In this document: positions 37,955 through 48,049 of the stretch, in pieces
Layout: every line of letters starts with the position of its first letter
How positions within the stretch are numbered: the first letter of the stretch is position 1
NCBI GenBank assembly: GCA_965248925.1
Contig: CBDFLE010000006.1
Location: 128,001 to 192,000, forward strand
DNA: 64,000 nucleotides
DNA from: Candidatus Multivoradales bacterium
GTDB taxonomy: Bacteria; Acidobacteriota; Thermoanaerobaculia; Multivoradales; J023
Direction of reading: 5' to 3'
Made by a program: the position numbers and the translations under genes
Notes under the pieces: generated by a model
Seen by the model: the letters and a program-made list of their open reading frames with translations, nothing else
Databases searched by the model: none
What the model was told of the DNA's origin: nothing

Positions 37955-38962
37955 ATGAAAGTCCTCAAATCCTGCCTCTTGATCTTGCTGCTCTTGCTGC
38001 TAGCGGCCGCCCTGCTGTGGCGCTGGTGGGACCGAGAGCCCACTGCCGAAGCGCCGCCCGAGACTCCCCCCGAGCAGGTCGCGCGACCGGCAGAGCCCAG
38101 CGCTCTGGTAGTGGTGCGCAAGACCGGCCCGCGGCCAGCCAAGACAGCGCGAGCCGCGGATCTCGCCACCGCCCGCACCTTTCTCAGCAATGGCGGGCAG
38201 CTCCCCTCCTGCGGCCCCTACGGATTGCTGACCGATGTCGAAGATAGCCAGTTGATCGCTGCTTGCCAGCGGCTCACCGACCGGCTCGACGAAACCTACG
38301 AGCAGCGCTATGGCGTGCGCCCGATCGGTCAGCCAGCCGAGACCATCCTGCTATTTAGCCGGCTCCAGGACTTTCGCGCTTTCAATGCCAGCGGCGCCGT
38401 CGGCAGCGCGAAGAGGGGCTACGCCGGCCACGCTATCCCTAGTCGGGGTTTGGTCGTGCTGCATGCAGAGACCGGCAGCCGCCTAGCTACCCTGCGCACC
38501 TTGCTGCACGAACTCACCCACCTGCTCAACCGCCGCGCCGTTGGCACCGAGCTACCGCGTTGGTTGGCGGAGGGTCTAGCCGACGGCATTGGCGACACCG
38601 CCACCGCAGACGGCCTGCTGCCGCTCACCGCGGTACGCGGCTCAGAAGGCGAAGCGTGCCGATTGCAACTCGGCTACCGCAGCGGCCAAGCTGAGGCGGT
38701 CAGCCGCCTGCTGACCCTCGCAAGCACATCGTTCGACCGCGGAGTCGTGTCCTTCGACTACGAACAGAGCGCCTTCCTGGTGCGCTTTCTGCTCGCCGAG
38801 CCAGCGCTGGCACCTCCCTTTCGCCGGCTGTTGAGGACCTTGGCAAGCGGTACTCCCTACTCTGAACTCGAGTTGCCAGCAGAGCTCGGCGTCGCTTCCC
38901 AGACCCTTGATCAACGCTTCGAGGACTGGATTCTCGGTCACCGCCTTGCTTGCACGACCTAG
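37955..38962 (+). CDS. Membrane-anchored zincin-like protein (DUF1570/peptidase MA-like)
   Basis: N-terminal TM; HELTH...PRWLAEGLAD. Confidence 0.7.
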   Translation: MKVLKSCLLILLLLLLAAALLWRWWDREPTAEAPPETPPEQVARPAEPSALVVVRKTGPRPAKTARAADLATARTFLSNGGQLPSCGPYGLLTDVEDSQLIAACQRLTDRLDETYEQRYGVRPIGQPAETILLFSRLQDFRAFNASGAVGSAKRGYAGHAIPSRGLVVLHAETGSRLATLRTLLHELTHLLNRRAVGTELPRWLAEGLADGIGDTATADGLLPLTAVRGSEGEACRLQLGYRSGQAEAVSRLLTLASTSFDRGVVSFDYEQSAFLVRFLLAEPALAPPFRRLLRTLASGTPYSELELPAELGVASQTLDQRFEDWILGHRLACTT

Positions 38963-39072
38963 CGACGTCCAGGCCCAGGAACTGCGGTAAGCTAGATGGC
39001 CGCCTAGCTCTTCGATAACCCGTCTCGGGGAGCCGTCTCAAAGATTCAATTGACCGCCTAGGAGTCTGCTCC

Positions 39073-39879
39073 ATGCGCCACCCACCCAAAGCAACCGCCA
39101 TCGCCCTTGGCCTTCTCTTCACCTGTCTGTTGCCCCTGACAGCCAGCGCCGAAAGCGCCCAATGGCTCGACAAGCTGGGACAGCTCTACGAGCGCGGCCC
39201 GTTCTCCTTCGATTACACCATGGACATGAAGATCGAGCAGCAGGGGCAGCAGATGACCATGAACGGCCACGGTGAAATGCTCTACGGCGCCAACCGGCAG
39301 ATGCGCATGCACCTCGTAATGTCGATGGCTATCCCCGGCATGCCCGAGCCGATGGAGATGGTTGTCGACAGTGTCAATGATGGAGAGCACACCTGGACCG
39401 AAATCGAACATCCGATGATGGGCAAGCAGGTGATCAAGGTCTCCGCCGCTGACGCCCAACGCAGCAGCGCCAAATCAGGGCTGATGAACGGTCTTGGTAC
39501 CACCAACTCCGATCCGCTGTCGCAAATCGGTAAGTTGCGCGAGATGTTCGATCTGCTGGAGTCTGGCGGCGCAGACGGCTTGGTGGTGCTCAAAGGGCCG
39601 ATGAAAGAGGAAGCCCGCGATGAATTGGGGCCAGCAGCGGCTCTATTCGGCGATGGCAGCGAGTTAGAGCTGCACTTGAATCGCGACACCGGCTTCCCGA
39701 CGCTGGTGACCTTGGGCCAGCCCGGGACGCCGGTCCTAACCATGCGGACGACAAACCTCGAATTCCTCAGCCAGAAAGAGATCGACGCCGATGCTTTCGC
39801 CTACACCGTGCCTGAAGGAGTCAATGTGGTCGAACCGCTAGCCGAAAAGAGCCCCGCCCCGGCGGCTGGTGGTCGCTAG
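39073..39879 (+). CDS. Exported LolA-like protein
   Basis: Signal peptide, beta-rich core, C-terminal FAYTVPEGVNVV. Confidence 0.65.
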   Translation: MRHPPKATAIALGLLFTCLLPLTASAESAQWLDKLGQLYERGPFSFDYTMDMKIEQQGQQMTMNGHGEMLYGANRQMRMHLVMSMAIPGMPEPMEMVVDSVNDGEHTWTEIEHPMMGKQVIKVSAADAQRSSAKSGLMNGLGTTNSDPLSQIGKLREMFDLLESGGADGLVVLKGPMKEEARDELGPAAALFGDGSELELHLNRDTGFPTLVTLGQPGTPVLTMRTTNLEFLSQKEIDADAFAYTVPEGVNVVEPLAEKSPAPAAGGR

Positions 39880-39989
39880 ACAGCTAGTGACAAAGGTTTG
39901 ACCTCCGCAAGGTCACCAGGTTGCAACAATCGTAGGGTCTCGGGCATCGCTCGCTTTCACTCGCTTCACAACTGTTCGGAGAACTCACC

Positions 39990-40466
39990 ATGACGCCACG
40001 CAAACTGCTCATCGCCACCAGCGGCCTGATCTTCGGCACTCTGATCGCGGTGTCGATCGCCTTTTCACTCACCGCCACCGAACATCCGCTGTCGTTCGAC
40101 GATGTCAAGGCGTCGACCCACCGCTTCATTGGCCTGGAATCGTCTATCCAGCTCACTAGCGCTCAAGAAGCGATCAAGAAAGAGGCCCTCGAAGCCCTGC
40201 CGGCTCCTTGTTGCAGCGACAACACCGCCTACACCTGCTGCTGTCCCTGCAATATGTCGCTGTCGATCTGGGGTCTGTCGAACCTGCTGATCACCGAGCA
40301 CGGCTACGACGCCGCCCAGGTGCGGGCCAAGGTCAAGGAGTGGATCCACGAGATCAATCCCGACGGCTTCAGCGGCGAAGTTTGCTACACCGGCGGCTGC
40401 CTGCGCCCGTTCGCCGCCAACGGCTGTGGCGGCATGGCCCGCGGCCGGGTGACCTGGGATAGCTGA
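39990..40466 (+). CDS. Exported Cys-rich hypothetical protein
   Basis: Signal/TM; APCC...TCCCPCN...CYTGGC...NGCGGM. Confidence 0.75.
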   Translation: MTPRKLLIATSGLIFGTLIAVSIAFSLTATEHPLSFDDVKASTHRFIGLESSIQLTSAQEAIKKEALEALPAPCCSDNTAYTCCCPCNMSLSIWGLSNLLITEHGYDAAQVRAKVKEWIHEINPDGFSGEVCYTGGCLRPFAANGCGGMARGRVTWDS

Positions 40467-40468
40467 GT

Positions 40469-41410
40469 TCAGCCAGCTTGGGCGGCTGGTGCCCGCAGTT
40501 CGCGGCCCACATGCTCGTGGGCATGGTAGGAGCTGCGCACCAGCGGACCCGACACACAGTGATTGAATCCCAGCTTGAGAGCGAAGCGGCGATAGTCGTC
40601 GAACTCAGCCGGCGGCACGTAGCGAGCGACCGGCAGATGCTGCGAAGTGGGCTGCAGGTACTGACCGATCGCCAGCACTTCCACCCCGGCAGCGCGAATC
40701 TCGCCAATAGTGCTCAGCAGTTCCTCGCGGGTTTCGCCAATACCCACCATCAGACTGGTCTTGATCACCCCGTCATAGGTGCCCGCGTCACGCCGCCGGG
40801 CGGCTTCCGAGAGTAGGGCCAGACTGCGCTGGTACTTGCTGCCAGGGCGAGCCTCGCGGTAGAGCCGGGGCACCGTTTCCATATTGTGGGAGAAGATCTC
40901 CGGCCGCGCCCCGAGAACGATGTCCAGGGCGTCGGGGACTTGGCGAAAATCCGGGGTCAGAACCTCCACTCCGGTATGTGGATTGCGTCGATGCACCGCT
41001 TCGATCACCGCCGCCCAATGGCCGGCGCCGCCATCCACCAGATCATCGCGATCCACCGAGGTGATCACCGCGTGGCGCAGGGTCATCGCCTCGACCGCTG
41101 CGGCCACATGCTCCGGTTCCTCCACATCCACCGCCTCCGGTTTGCCAGTCTTGACCGAGCAGAAACCACAGCGCCGGGTGCAAGTGTCGCCGAGGATCAT
41201 GAAGGTAGCGGTACCGTGCTCGCCCCAGCACTCATAGATGTTGGGACACCTCGCCTCCTGGCAGACGGTGTTGAGCTTCAGCTTCTTGACCAGCGATTGG
41301 ACTTCGCGATAGCGCTTCGGCGTCGCCAGGCGAATACGTAGCCAATCCGGCCGCCGCTGCCGCGGCGGACGCTGGGCGCTCGGAGCGCCGATCTTGACGA
41401 GATTTTCCAT
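40469..41410 (-). CDS. lipA: Lipoyl synthase
   Basis: CQEARCPNIYEC, CTRRCGFC, GQYLQP, RSSY. Confidence 0.97.
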   Translation of the reverse strand: MENLVKIGAPSAQRPPRQRRPDWLRIRLATPKRYREVQSLVKKLKLNTVCQEARCPNIYECWGEHGTATFMILGDTCTRRCGFCSVKTGKPEAVDVEEPEHVAAAVEAMTLRHAVITSVDRDDLVDGGAGHWAAVIEAVHRRNPHTGVEVLTPDFRQVPDALDIVLGARPEIFSHNMETVPRLYREARPGSKYQRSLALLSEAARRRDAGTYDGVIKTSLMVGIGETREELLSTIGEIRAAGVEVLAIGQYLQPTSQHLPVARYVPPAEFDDYRRFALKLGFNHCVSGPLVRSSYHAHEHVGRELRAPAAQAG

Positions 41411-41727
41411 GGCTTTGAGTCTCGATGAGTGTCGCGGACCGTGAATCGCAATTTTACAGGCGGGTCAATCAGCAGATCCAGGCGCTAGTCTAGCGGATCT
41501 CACCCTCAGAAACCGTCCAGCGTTCTCTGTGAATCTAAGGATGCGTGGCGCAAATAAGGCGGTAAAACAATTGACAGAGCCTACCTTTTGTGCTCAGATG
41601 GCCTCGCGGGCATGCGCTGGATACAACCTGTGGTCGTCGGTTACGGCGGCAACCCCAGAGCGGGTGGGATCCTCAGGCCATGGGCCTGCACTAGCTTTCG
41701 GAAGACGAATACACTCTCAATTCTCCT

Positions 41728-43371
41728 ATGGCTCATGCTTCTAATATTCAGCTAGTGCGAAAGGCTCGCGGTGCCTTCTTCACGCCGCCAAACATGGCTC
41801 AGTACATGACTCGGTGGGCGGTGCGCAGCCCATCCGACTCAGTGCTAGAACCCTCGTGCGGCGAGGCAGTATTCTTGGCCGAGACGGCTGACCGCCTACG
41901 CTCCCTCGGTCTCTCAGGAGACCTTGGCACGCAGCTTACAGGGGTGGATATTCACCGACAGTCCCTGGAGGCCGCGAGGGATCGGCTCGCAAGCCGCAAA
42001 GTTCGGGCCTGTCTGGTCGAGTCAGATTTCTTCGAATTCCAATCAGACAGAAGTTTCGATGTCGTGTTGGGCAATCCGCCATATATTCGGTACCAGAAAT
42101 TTGCGGGTTCAGCTCGGGAAAAAAGCTTAGCTGCGGCTCTTGCCATGGGAGTTCGCCTCCCCCGGCTAGCTAGCTCGTGGGCGGCCTTCGTCGTTCATTC
42201 GGCTTCTTTCCTCCGGCCCGAAGGCCGGACGGCTCTAGTGGTTCCTGCGGAACTTCTTTCTGTCAACTATGCCGGACCAGTTCGCCGATTCTTGTTGGAG
42301 CGCTTCGCAAGAGTGAAGCTGGTGGTTTTCGAAGAGCTTGTCTTCCCTGGAGTGCTTGCAGAGGTGGTTCTGTTACTAGCAGAAGGAAGTGGAGGTACAA
42401 GCTGCTTCGAACTCCACCAAGCTCGGAATCTCAACGATCTAGAGAGCCTAGAGCCGAGCACTTGGATCCCTCCAAATGCCGGAGGCAAATGGAGTCCGGC
42501 TCTGATGGCTGCCGAGCCCACCAGGGTCTATTCGGACATTCTGAGCAAGGACTCCTTTACTGACCTAGCGAGCTGGGGCAAGACCAACCTCGGCATGGTG
42601 AGTGGGAACAACAAGTTCTTCGCTCTAACCAAAGATCAAGTCCAAGTTCTGGGTCTCCCCCAAAGGGACCTTGTCAAGATCTCACCTCCTGGATCCCGGC
42701 ACTTGCGGGGACTCACGATTACAGCACGACACTGGCGGGAACTGTTACAGGCTAGCCGGCCAGTGTATCTTTTTGATCCAGATTCAGTGCAACCTTCTCT
42801 AGAGGGTCTGCGTTACATCCGCTGCGGAGAGAAGCGAGGTGTTGACCGAGCCTACAAGTGCAGGGTCCGCACGCCATGGTGGAAGGTACCAAAGGTCGCA
42901 GTTCCCGATCTTTTCCTGACCTACATGAATCATGTCGCGCCCCAACTAGTGGCCAACAGAGCTCGCCTCCAGTATCTGAACTCCATCCATGGCGTGGTCT
43001 TGAAACCAGGTCTTCGTCAGCTGGGCATGGACCTTCTGCCGATCGCGATGCTCAACAGCGTGACTCTTCTTGGGGCCGAGCTGGTCGGCCGATCCTATGG
43101 CGGAGGAATGCTGAAGCTCGAGCCGAAAGAAGCAGATAATCTTCCGCTTCCTTCACCTGAGTCCATAAAAGGGGCAGAAGGGTCTCTGCGCGCCCTTCGC
43201 CCCCAACTGAGCAAATACCTCCGCAACCGGCAGCTGTTAGACGTTGTGAGGATGGTCGATAGGGTCCTCTTGAGGGGGCAACTCAAGATTAGCAGAGCTG
43301 ATGTAAGAAAACTTAGCGGTGCCAGAGAAAAGTTCTTTAACCGACGAGCCACTCGGACAAGGCGTATCTAG
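41728..43371 (+). CDS. N6-adenine DNA methyltransferase (gamma class) of a type II R-M-like system
   Basis: GAFFTP, VLEPSCGEAVFL, GNPPY, C-terminal GRSYGGGMLKLEP. Confidence 0.9.
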   Translation: MAHASNIQLVRKARGAFFTPPNMAQYMTRWAVRSPSDSVLEPSCGEAVFLAETADRLRSLGLSGDLGTQLTGVDIHRQSLEAARDRLASRKVRACLVESDFFEFQSDRSFDVVLGNPPYIRYQKFAGSAREKSLAAALAMGVRLPRLASSWAAFVVHSASFLRPEGRTALVVPAELLSVNYAGPVRRFLLERFARVKLVVFEELVFPGVLAEVVLLLAEGSGGTSCFELHQARNLNDLESLEPSTWIPPNAGGKWSPALMAAEPTRVYSDILSKDSFTDLASWGKTNLGMVSGNNKFFALTKDQVQVLGLPQRDLVKISPPGSRHLRGLTITARHWRELLQASRPVYLFDPDSVQPSLEGLRYIRCGEKRGVDRAYKCRVRTPWWKVPKVAVPDLFLTYMNHVAPQLVANRARLQYLNSIHGVVLKPGLRQLGMDLLPIAMLNSVTLLGAELVGRSYGGGMLKLEPKEADNLPLPSPESIKGAEGSLRALRPQLSKYLRNRQLLDVVRMVDRVLLRGQLKISRADVRKLSGAREKFFNRRATRTRRI

Positions 43372-44103
43372 ATGGCGAGCGCAGACGATCTATTAATTGC
43401 AGCACTGGCGCAACTTCCTTCAAAACCAGAAGATTCGGAAAAGAGGTCTCCGAAGCAAAAATACTCACAGCAAATGTCAGAAAACCTTGCGAACGCTCTT
43501 GCGGAAGAGTTTCGTAATCGTGGCCTTGCGGAAACGAGACCCGCCCCCCCGGGAGAGATCGGCGGCTCGGGTGCAGAGCGGAGGATTGCTGGCGGCATTG
43601 GCGCCAAGAAAGTCGACGTAAGCTGGGCAACAGAGGAAGCCGGGCTTCTCCTCGGTATCTCAATCAAGACCATCAACTTCAAGGATCGCAAATCTGGACA
43701 CTTTCAGAAGAACCTCACCAACCGTCGCGGAGACATGCTCTTTGAATCTGTCACCCTTCACCGGCGGTTCCCCTACGCCGTTCTAGTGGGCTTCCTATTC
43801 CTCGACAAAGACGCTGCCGAAGACCACACCAAGCGAAGGAACTCAACTTTCAACAACGCACACGATCGATTTCGCATCTTCACAGGAAGGAACGACCCCG
43901 GTGGCAGGGATGAGCAATATGAGCGCCTCTACATAGGGCTTGTGGATGCCAACAAGTTTAGATCGAGCGTCAGGATCTTCGCGCCGGGTTCTCCCGACGA
44001 TCCCGTTGATCTGTCGAACGCGCTTGACGAGGTACTGCAGCTGATCGCCGAGCGCAACCCCGACTTCTACCAATTCCTGAACGGACAACTCCGCAAACTT
44101 TAA
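43372..44103 (+). CDS. Putative PD-(D/E)xK restriction endonuclease
   Basis: Abuts the MTase; KKVDV...ISIK...KNLTNR..D...E. Confidence 0.7.
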   Translation: MASADDLLIAALAQLPSKPEDSEKRSPKQKYSQQMSENLANALAEEFRNRGLAETRPAPPGEIGGSGAERRIAGGIGAKKVDVSWATEEAGLLLGISIKTINFKDRKSGHFQKNLTNRRGDMLFESVTLHRRFPYAVLVGFLFLDKDAAEDHTKRRNSTFNNAHDRFRIFTGRNDPGGRDEQYERLYIGLVDANKFRSSVRIFAPGSPDDPVDLSNALDEVLQLIAERNPDFYQFLNGQLRKL

Positions 44104-44207
44104 AACTCGATCTCTGAGTTGCCACGCTTCCACTTCCTGCACTGGCAATACAGCGGATGTTCACACCTCTCTGCTTTCCCCGCTGTCTCCGATATGATGG
44201 CCGACCG

Positions 44208-45899
44208 ATGACCGACACTATCCTCCAGACCGAGATTCGCCGTGGCGTTTACTGTGATTCGATCGTCCTGATGCAACTGCAGGTGGCACTGGCCGCGCAG
44301 CCAGGGGTGGCTGAGGCCGGCGCCGTGATGGGCACCGCTGCCAACCTCGATCTGCTGCGCCAGAGCGGTCTCTACGACCCGACGCTGGCGGGCGCTGGTG
44401 ACAGCGATTTGGTGCTGGCATTGCGCGCCGAGAGCGACGACGACGCCACCAGCGCCCTGGCCCAGGTCGACGACCTGATGGCCAGGCGCAGCCAGACCAG
44501 CTCGGACACCTACCAACCCCACACTCTGGCCGCGGCCATCGAACAGCTGCCAGAGGCTTCGTGGGTGGCGATTTCCGTGCCGGGTCGCTTTGCCGCTGGA
44601 GTGGCCGGCCAAGCCCTGGAACTGGGCCGGCATGTATTCATGTTCAGCGACAATGTCAGGCTCGAAGACGAGATCAAGCTCAAGCGCCAGGCTGGTGAGC
44701 GCGGCCTGATGATGATGGGTCCCGACTGCGGCACCGCCATCGTCGGCGGCGTCGGACTGGGTTTCGCCAACCGGGTACGCCGCGGCGCAGTGGGACTGGT
44801 GGCCGCCTCCGGCACCGGGCTGCAAACCGTCGCCAGCCGGCTGCACGCCTTGGGCTCGGGAGTTTCGCAGGCTCTTGGCACCGGCGGGCGCGATCTCGGC
44901 ACCGCGGTCGGCGGCGCTTCTACTCTGCAAGCGATCGATCTCCTGGCCCGCGATCCGGCGACCGAGGTCTTGGTGCTGATCTCGAAACCACCGGCGCCAG
45001 CGATCGCGCGAAAAGTGCTGGCCGCTGCTGAAGCTACCGGCAAACCGGTGGTGGCGGCATTCGTCGGCGCTTCCTGGCCGCTGCACCAGATCGGTCGAAT
45101 ACACTTCGCGCGCAACCTTTCAACCGCCGCCCAACTGGCCCACCAACTCGGCCACACCGACGAAACCACCACTAGCGACGCTAGAAACACCGCGCTGGCT
45201 GGCAAGCGGCGCTACCTGCGCGGTCTCTTCGCCGGCGGCACCCTGGCCTATGAAGCGGTGGCCAGCTTGCAAGCGCTGCTCGATCCGCTCTACACCAATG
45301 TGCGTCTGGGCCATGCTAGAGAGCTTAAGACTCCCCATCGCAGCCAAGCCCACACTCTGATCGACCTGGGGGCGGACGAGTACACCAGCGGTCGGCTGCA
45401 TCCGATGATCGACCCCCAGCTGCGTCTAGAACGGCTACGCCGCGAAGCCGCCGACCCTAAAGTGGCGGTGCTGCTGCTCGACCTCGTCTTGGGCGATTCG
45501 GGCCATCCTGACCCGGCCGCCGAACTGGCCGACGAGGTGCGCCGGATCACCGCCGCGGACGGCCCCGTGGTGGTGGCGATAGTGGTCGGCACTGACCTGG
45601 ATCCGCAAGGGGCTAGCCACCAAATCGACCAGCTGACGACGGCGGGCGCACAGGTGTTCGACGATCCCGCCGCCGGCTTCGCGCGGGTCGCGGAATTGCT
45701 CATCGAGCCCACGGCGACACCTCCAGACCAGCCGCTAGCGCTGAGCGCCCTGGCGCCGCCGGTGGTGCTCAACGTCGGTCTTGAGACCCTGCACAACGGC
45801 CTCACCGCCCAAGAAGCCGGCGTGCTGCAACTCGACTGGCGCCCTCCTGCCGGCGGCAACGAACGGCTGATGGCCATCCTGCGACGCTTGCAAGACTGA
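44208..45899 (+). CDS. fdrA: FdrA / AllF acyl-CoA synthetase-like protein
   Basis: YCDSIVLM, FSDNV, MGPDCGT, ASGTG, GLFAGGTL, HPMIDP, WRPPAGG. Confidence 0.92.
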   Translation: MTDTILQTEIRRGVYCDSIVLMQLQVALAAQPGVAEAGAVMGTAANLDLLRQSGLYDPTLAGAGDSDLVLALRAESDDDATSALAQVDDLMARRSQTSSDTYQPHTLAAAIEQLPEASWVAISVPGRFAAGVAGQALELGRHVFMFSDNVRLEDEIKLKRQAGERGLMMMGPDCGTAIVGGVGLGFANRVRRGAVGLVAASGTGLQTVASRLHALGSGVSQALGTGGRDLGTAVGGASTLQAIDLLARDPATEVLVLISKPPAPAIARKVLAAAEATGKPVVAAFVGASWPLHQIGRIHFARNLSTAAQLAHQLGHTDETTTSDARNTALAGKRRYLRGLFAGGTLAYEAVASLQALLDPLYTNVRLGHARELKTPHRSQAHTLIDLGADEYTSGRLHPMIDPQLRLERLRREAADPKVAVLLLDLVLGDSGHPDPAAELADEVRRITAADGPVVVAIVVGTDLDPQGASHQIDQLTTAGAQVFDDPAAGFARVAELLIEPTATPPDQPLALSALAPPVVLNVGLETLHNGLTAQEAGVLQLDWRPPAGGNERLMAILRRLQD

Positions 45900-45931
45900 C
45901 CCGGACCTGAAGCAATGATGAGGAGAATCTC

Positions 45932-47188
45932 TTGAGCCAGATCGACGTTCGAGCCGCCAACCTGGAAGCCATCGAGCGGATGATCTCGGCCCGCCCTCTG
46001 CTGACCAGCGTGGCCACCGCCCGCGATGTGATTCCGGGGCTGGAAGAGGACATGCTGCTGCACGCCGGGCCGCCGATCGAGTGGCCACGGATGTCGGGGC
46101 CGTTGCGCGGCGCGGTGATCGGCGCGCTGCTCTTCGAGGGCCGCGCCACCAGCGAAGCCGAAGCCATCGCCCTGGTGGAGACCGGTGAGGTGCGCTTCTC
46201 CCCCTGCCATCACCACGCCACCGTCGGTCCGATGGCCGGCGTCACCTCGCCCTCGATGGCGGTCTACGTGATCGACAATCCAGAGCACGGCAACCGTACC
46301 TTCTCGAACCTCAACGAGGGCTACGGCAAAGTGCTGCGCTATGGCGCTTTCGCCCCAGAAGTTCTGGCCAAGCTGCGCTGGATGAACGACACCATGGCGC
46401 CGCTTCTTGCCGCAGCGCTCCAAGACGGCGAGCCCCTCGACTTGCGGGCCCTGCTAGCCGAAGCGCTGCACATGGGTGACGAGGGCCACAACCGTAACAA
46501 GGCCGGCTCGCTACTGTTTCAAAAGGTGCTCGCCCCCCGCCTGGCGGCCAGCGCTAGTGACCGCGCTGAGATCGCCAAGGTGATCGCCTTCCTCGGCGAC
46601 AATGCCCTGTCGGTGCTCAATCCGGTGATGGCCGCGTGCAAGGCGATGGCTGATGCCGCCCATGGGGTCGAAGGCTCGACCGTGGTGACCACCATGGCCC
46701 GCAACGGTACTGACTTCGGCATCCGTGTCAGCGGCCTCGGCGACACCTGGTTCACCGCCCCCTCGGCAGTTCCCGATGGGCTCTACTTCTCGGGATTCAC
46801 CAGCGCCGACGCCAACCCGGATATCGGCGACTCGACGATCACCGAGACCACCGGCATCGGCGCCTTCGCCATGGCCGCCGCGCCGGCCATCGTCAGCTTT
46901 GTCGGCGGCGCGCCGCAGGACGCGCTGCACGCCACTTTTGAGATGTACGAGATCACCGTCGCCGAACACCGGCATTTCACCATCCCGCCGCTCGGCTTCC
47001 GTGGCTCACCGGTGGGCATCGACCTGCGTAAAATCGTCGAACTCGGTGTCACTCCACGGGTCAACACTGGGATCGCCCACAAAGAAGCCGGCATCGGCCA
47101 GGTTGGCGCCGGTTTGGTGCGACCACCGATCGAGATCTTCCAACAAGCGCTGATCGAATTCGCCCAGCGGTATGGTGTCGAGTCTTGA
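45932..47188 (+). CDS. ylbE: YlbE / AllG (DUF1116) protein
   Basis: LLHAGPP, VGPMAG, MGDEGHNRN, MARNG, DIGDS.ITE, NTGIAH. Confidence 0.9.
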   Translation: MSQIDVRAANLEAIERMISARPLLTSVATARDVIPGLEEDMLLHAGPPIEWPRMSGPLRGAVIGALLFEGRATSEAEAIALVETGEVRFSPCHHHATVGPMAGVTSPSMAVYVIDNPEHGNRTFSNLNEGYGKVLRYGAFAPEVLAKLRWMNDTMAPLLAAALQDGEPLDLRALLAEALHMGDEGHNRNKAGSLLFQKVLAPRLAASASDRAEIAKVIAFLGDNALSVLNPVMAACKAMADAAHGVEGSTVVTTMARNGTDFGIRVSGLGDTWFTAPSAVPDGLYFSGFTSADANPDIGDSTITETTGIGAFAMAAAPAIVSFVGGAPQDALHATFEMYEITVAEHRHFTIPPLGFRGSPVGIDLRKIVELGVTPRVNTGIAHKEAGIGQVGAGLVRPPIEIFQQALIEFAQRYGVES

Positions 47189-47194
47189 ACTAAC

Positions 47195-48049
47195 TCAAAC
47201 TACGAAATCAAGCCCCACGTCGAGGGCCGGAGCGCTGTGGGTCAGATAGCCTACCGACATCAAGTCGACGCCGGAGGCGGCGACTGCCGCGGCGCTGTCC
47301 GGGTTGATGCCGCCAGAAGCGTCGGTGATCGCTCGGCCAGCGACTATCTCGACCCCGCGCCGGAGATCTTCCGGCGACATGTTGTCGAGCAAAACAGCGT
47401 CGACACCGAGGGCGAGAATCGCCTCTAGCTCGTCGAGATCGTCGACCTCCACCTCGATCTTCACCAGATGTCCGGCGTGGGCGCGCGCACGGCGCACCGC
47501 CTCGGCGGCACTGCCAGCGATAGCCCGGTGGTTGTCTTTGATCAACACCGCGTCGTCGAGCCCAAAGCGGTGATTCATGCCGCCACCGCAGCGCACGGCG
47601 TATTTCTCCAGCGCTCGAAGGCCCGGCGTGGTTTTGCGCGTACACACCACCTTGGCCCGCGTGCCGGCGGTCTTCTCCACCAGTTCACGAGTGGCGGTGG
47701 CGATGCCACAGAGACGACCGAGAAGATTGAGCGCGGTGCGTTCGGCAGAGAGAATTGGCCGCGCCGCGCCCTCGACGCTGGCCAGCACGGCAGCCGCTGC
47801 GACGTCATCGCCATCGTCGGCGTGGCGTTCGATCTGCACGCCGGGATCGAGTATCGAGAATGCCGCCAACGAGGCTTCGAGACCGGCCAACCGGCCGCCG
47901 CGACGCGCCACTATCTGGGCCTTGGCACGAGCTTCGGCCGGTACCGTGGCGTCGGTGGTGAGATCGCCAGCGCGGCCCAGATCTTCGGTCAAGGCGGCCC
48001 GCACCAGGGGTTCGTAGAGCAGCGGGTAGAGCGGTGAGGGGTGACTCAT
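47195..48049 (-). CDS. nadC: Quinolinate phosphoribosyltransferase
   Basis: TRKTTPGLR, HRFGLDD..LIKDNH, EVEVD, LLDNM, SGG. Confidence 0.96.
   Translation of the reverse strand: MSHPSPLYPLLYEPLVRAALTEDLGRAGDLTTDATVPAEARAKAQIVARRGGRLAGLEASLAAFSILDPGVQIERHADDGDDVAAAAVLASVEGAARPILSAERTALNLLGRLCGIATATRELVEKTAGTRAKVVCTRKTTPGLRALEKYAVRCGGGMNHRFGLDDAVLIKDNHRAIAGSAAEAVRRARAHAGHLVKIEVEVDDLDELEAILALGVDAVLLDNMSPEDLRRGVEIVAGRAITDASGGINPDSAAAVAASGVDLMSVGYLTHSAPALDVGLDFVV

Noticed and set aside
41728-44103. Assigning XhoI (CTCGAG) specificity to the R-M pair
   Set aside because: The resemblance is only motif-level, and CTCGAG sites are common in the window; specificity cannot be read from the sequence
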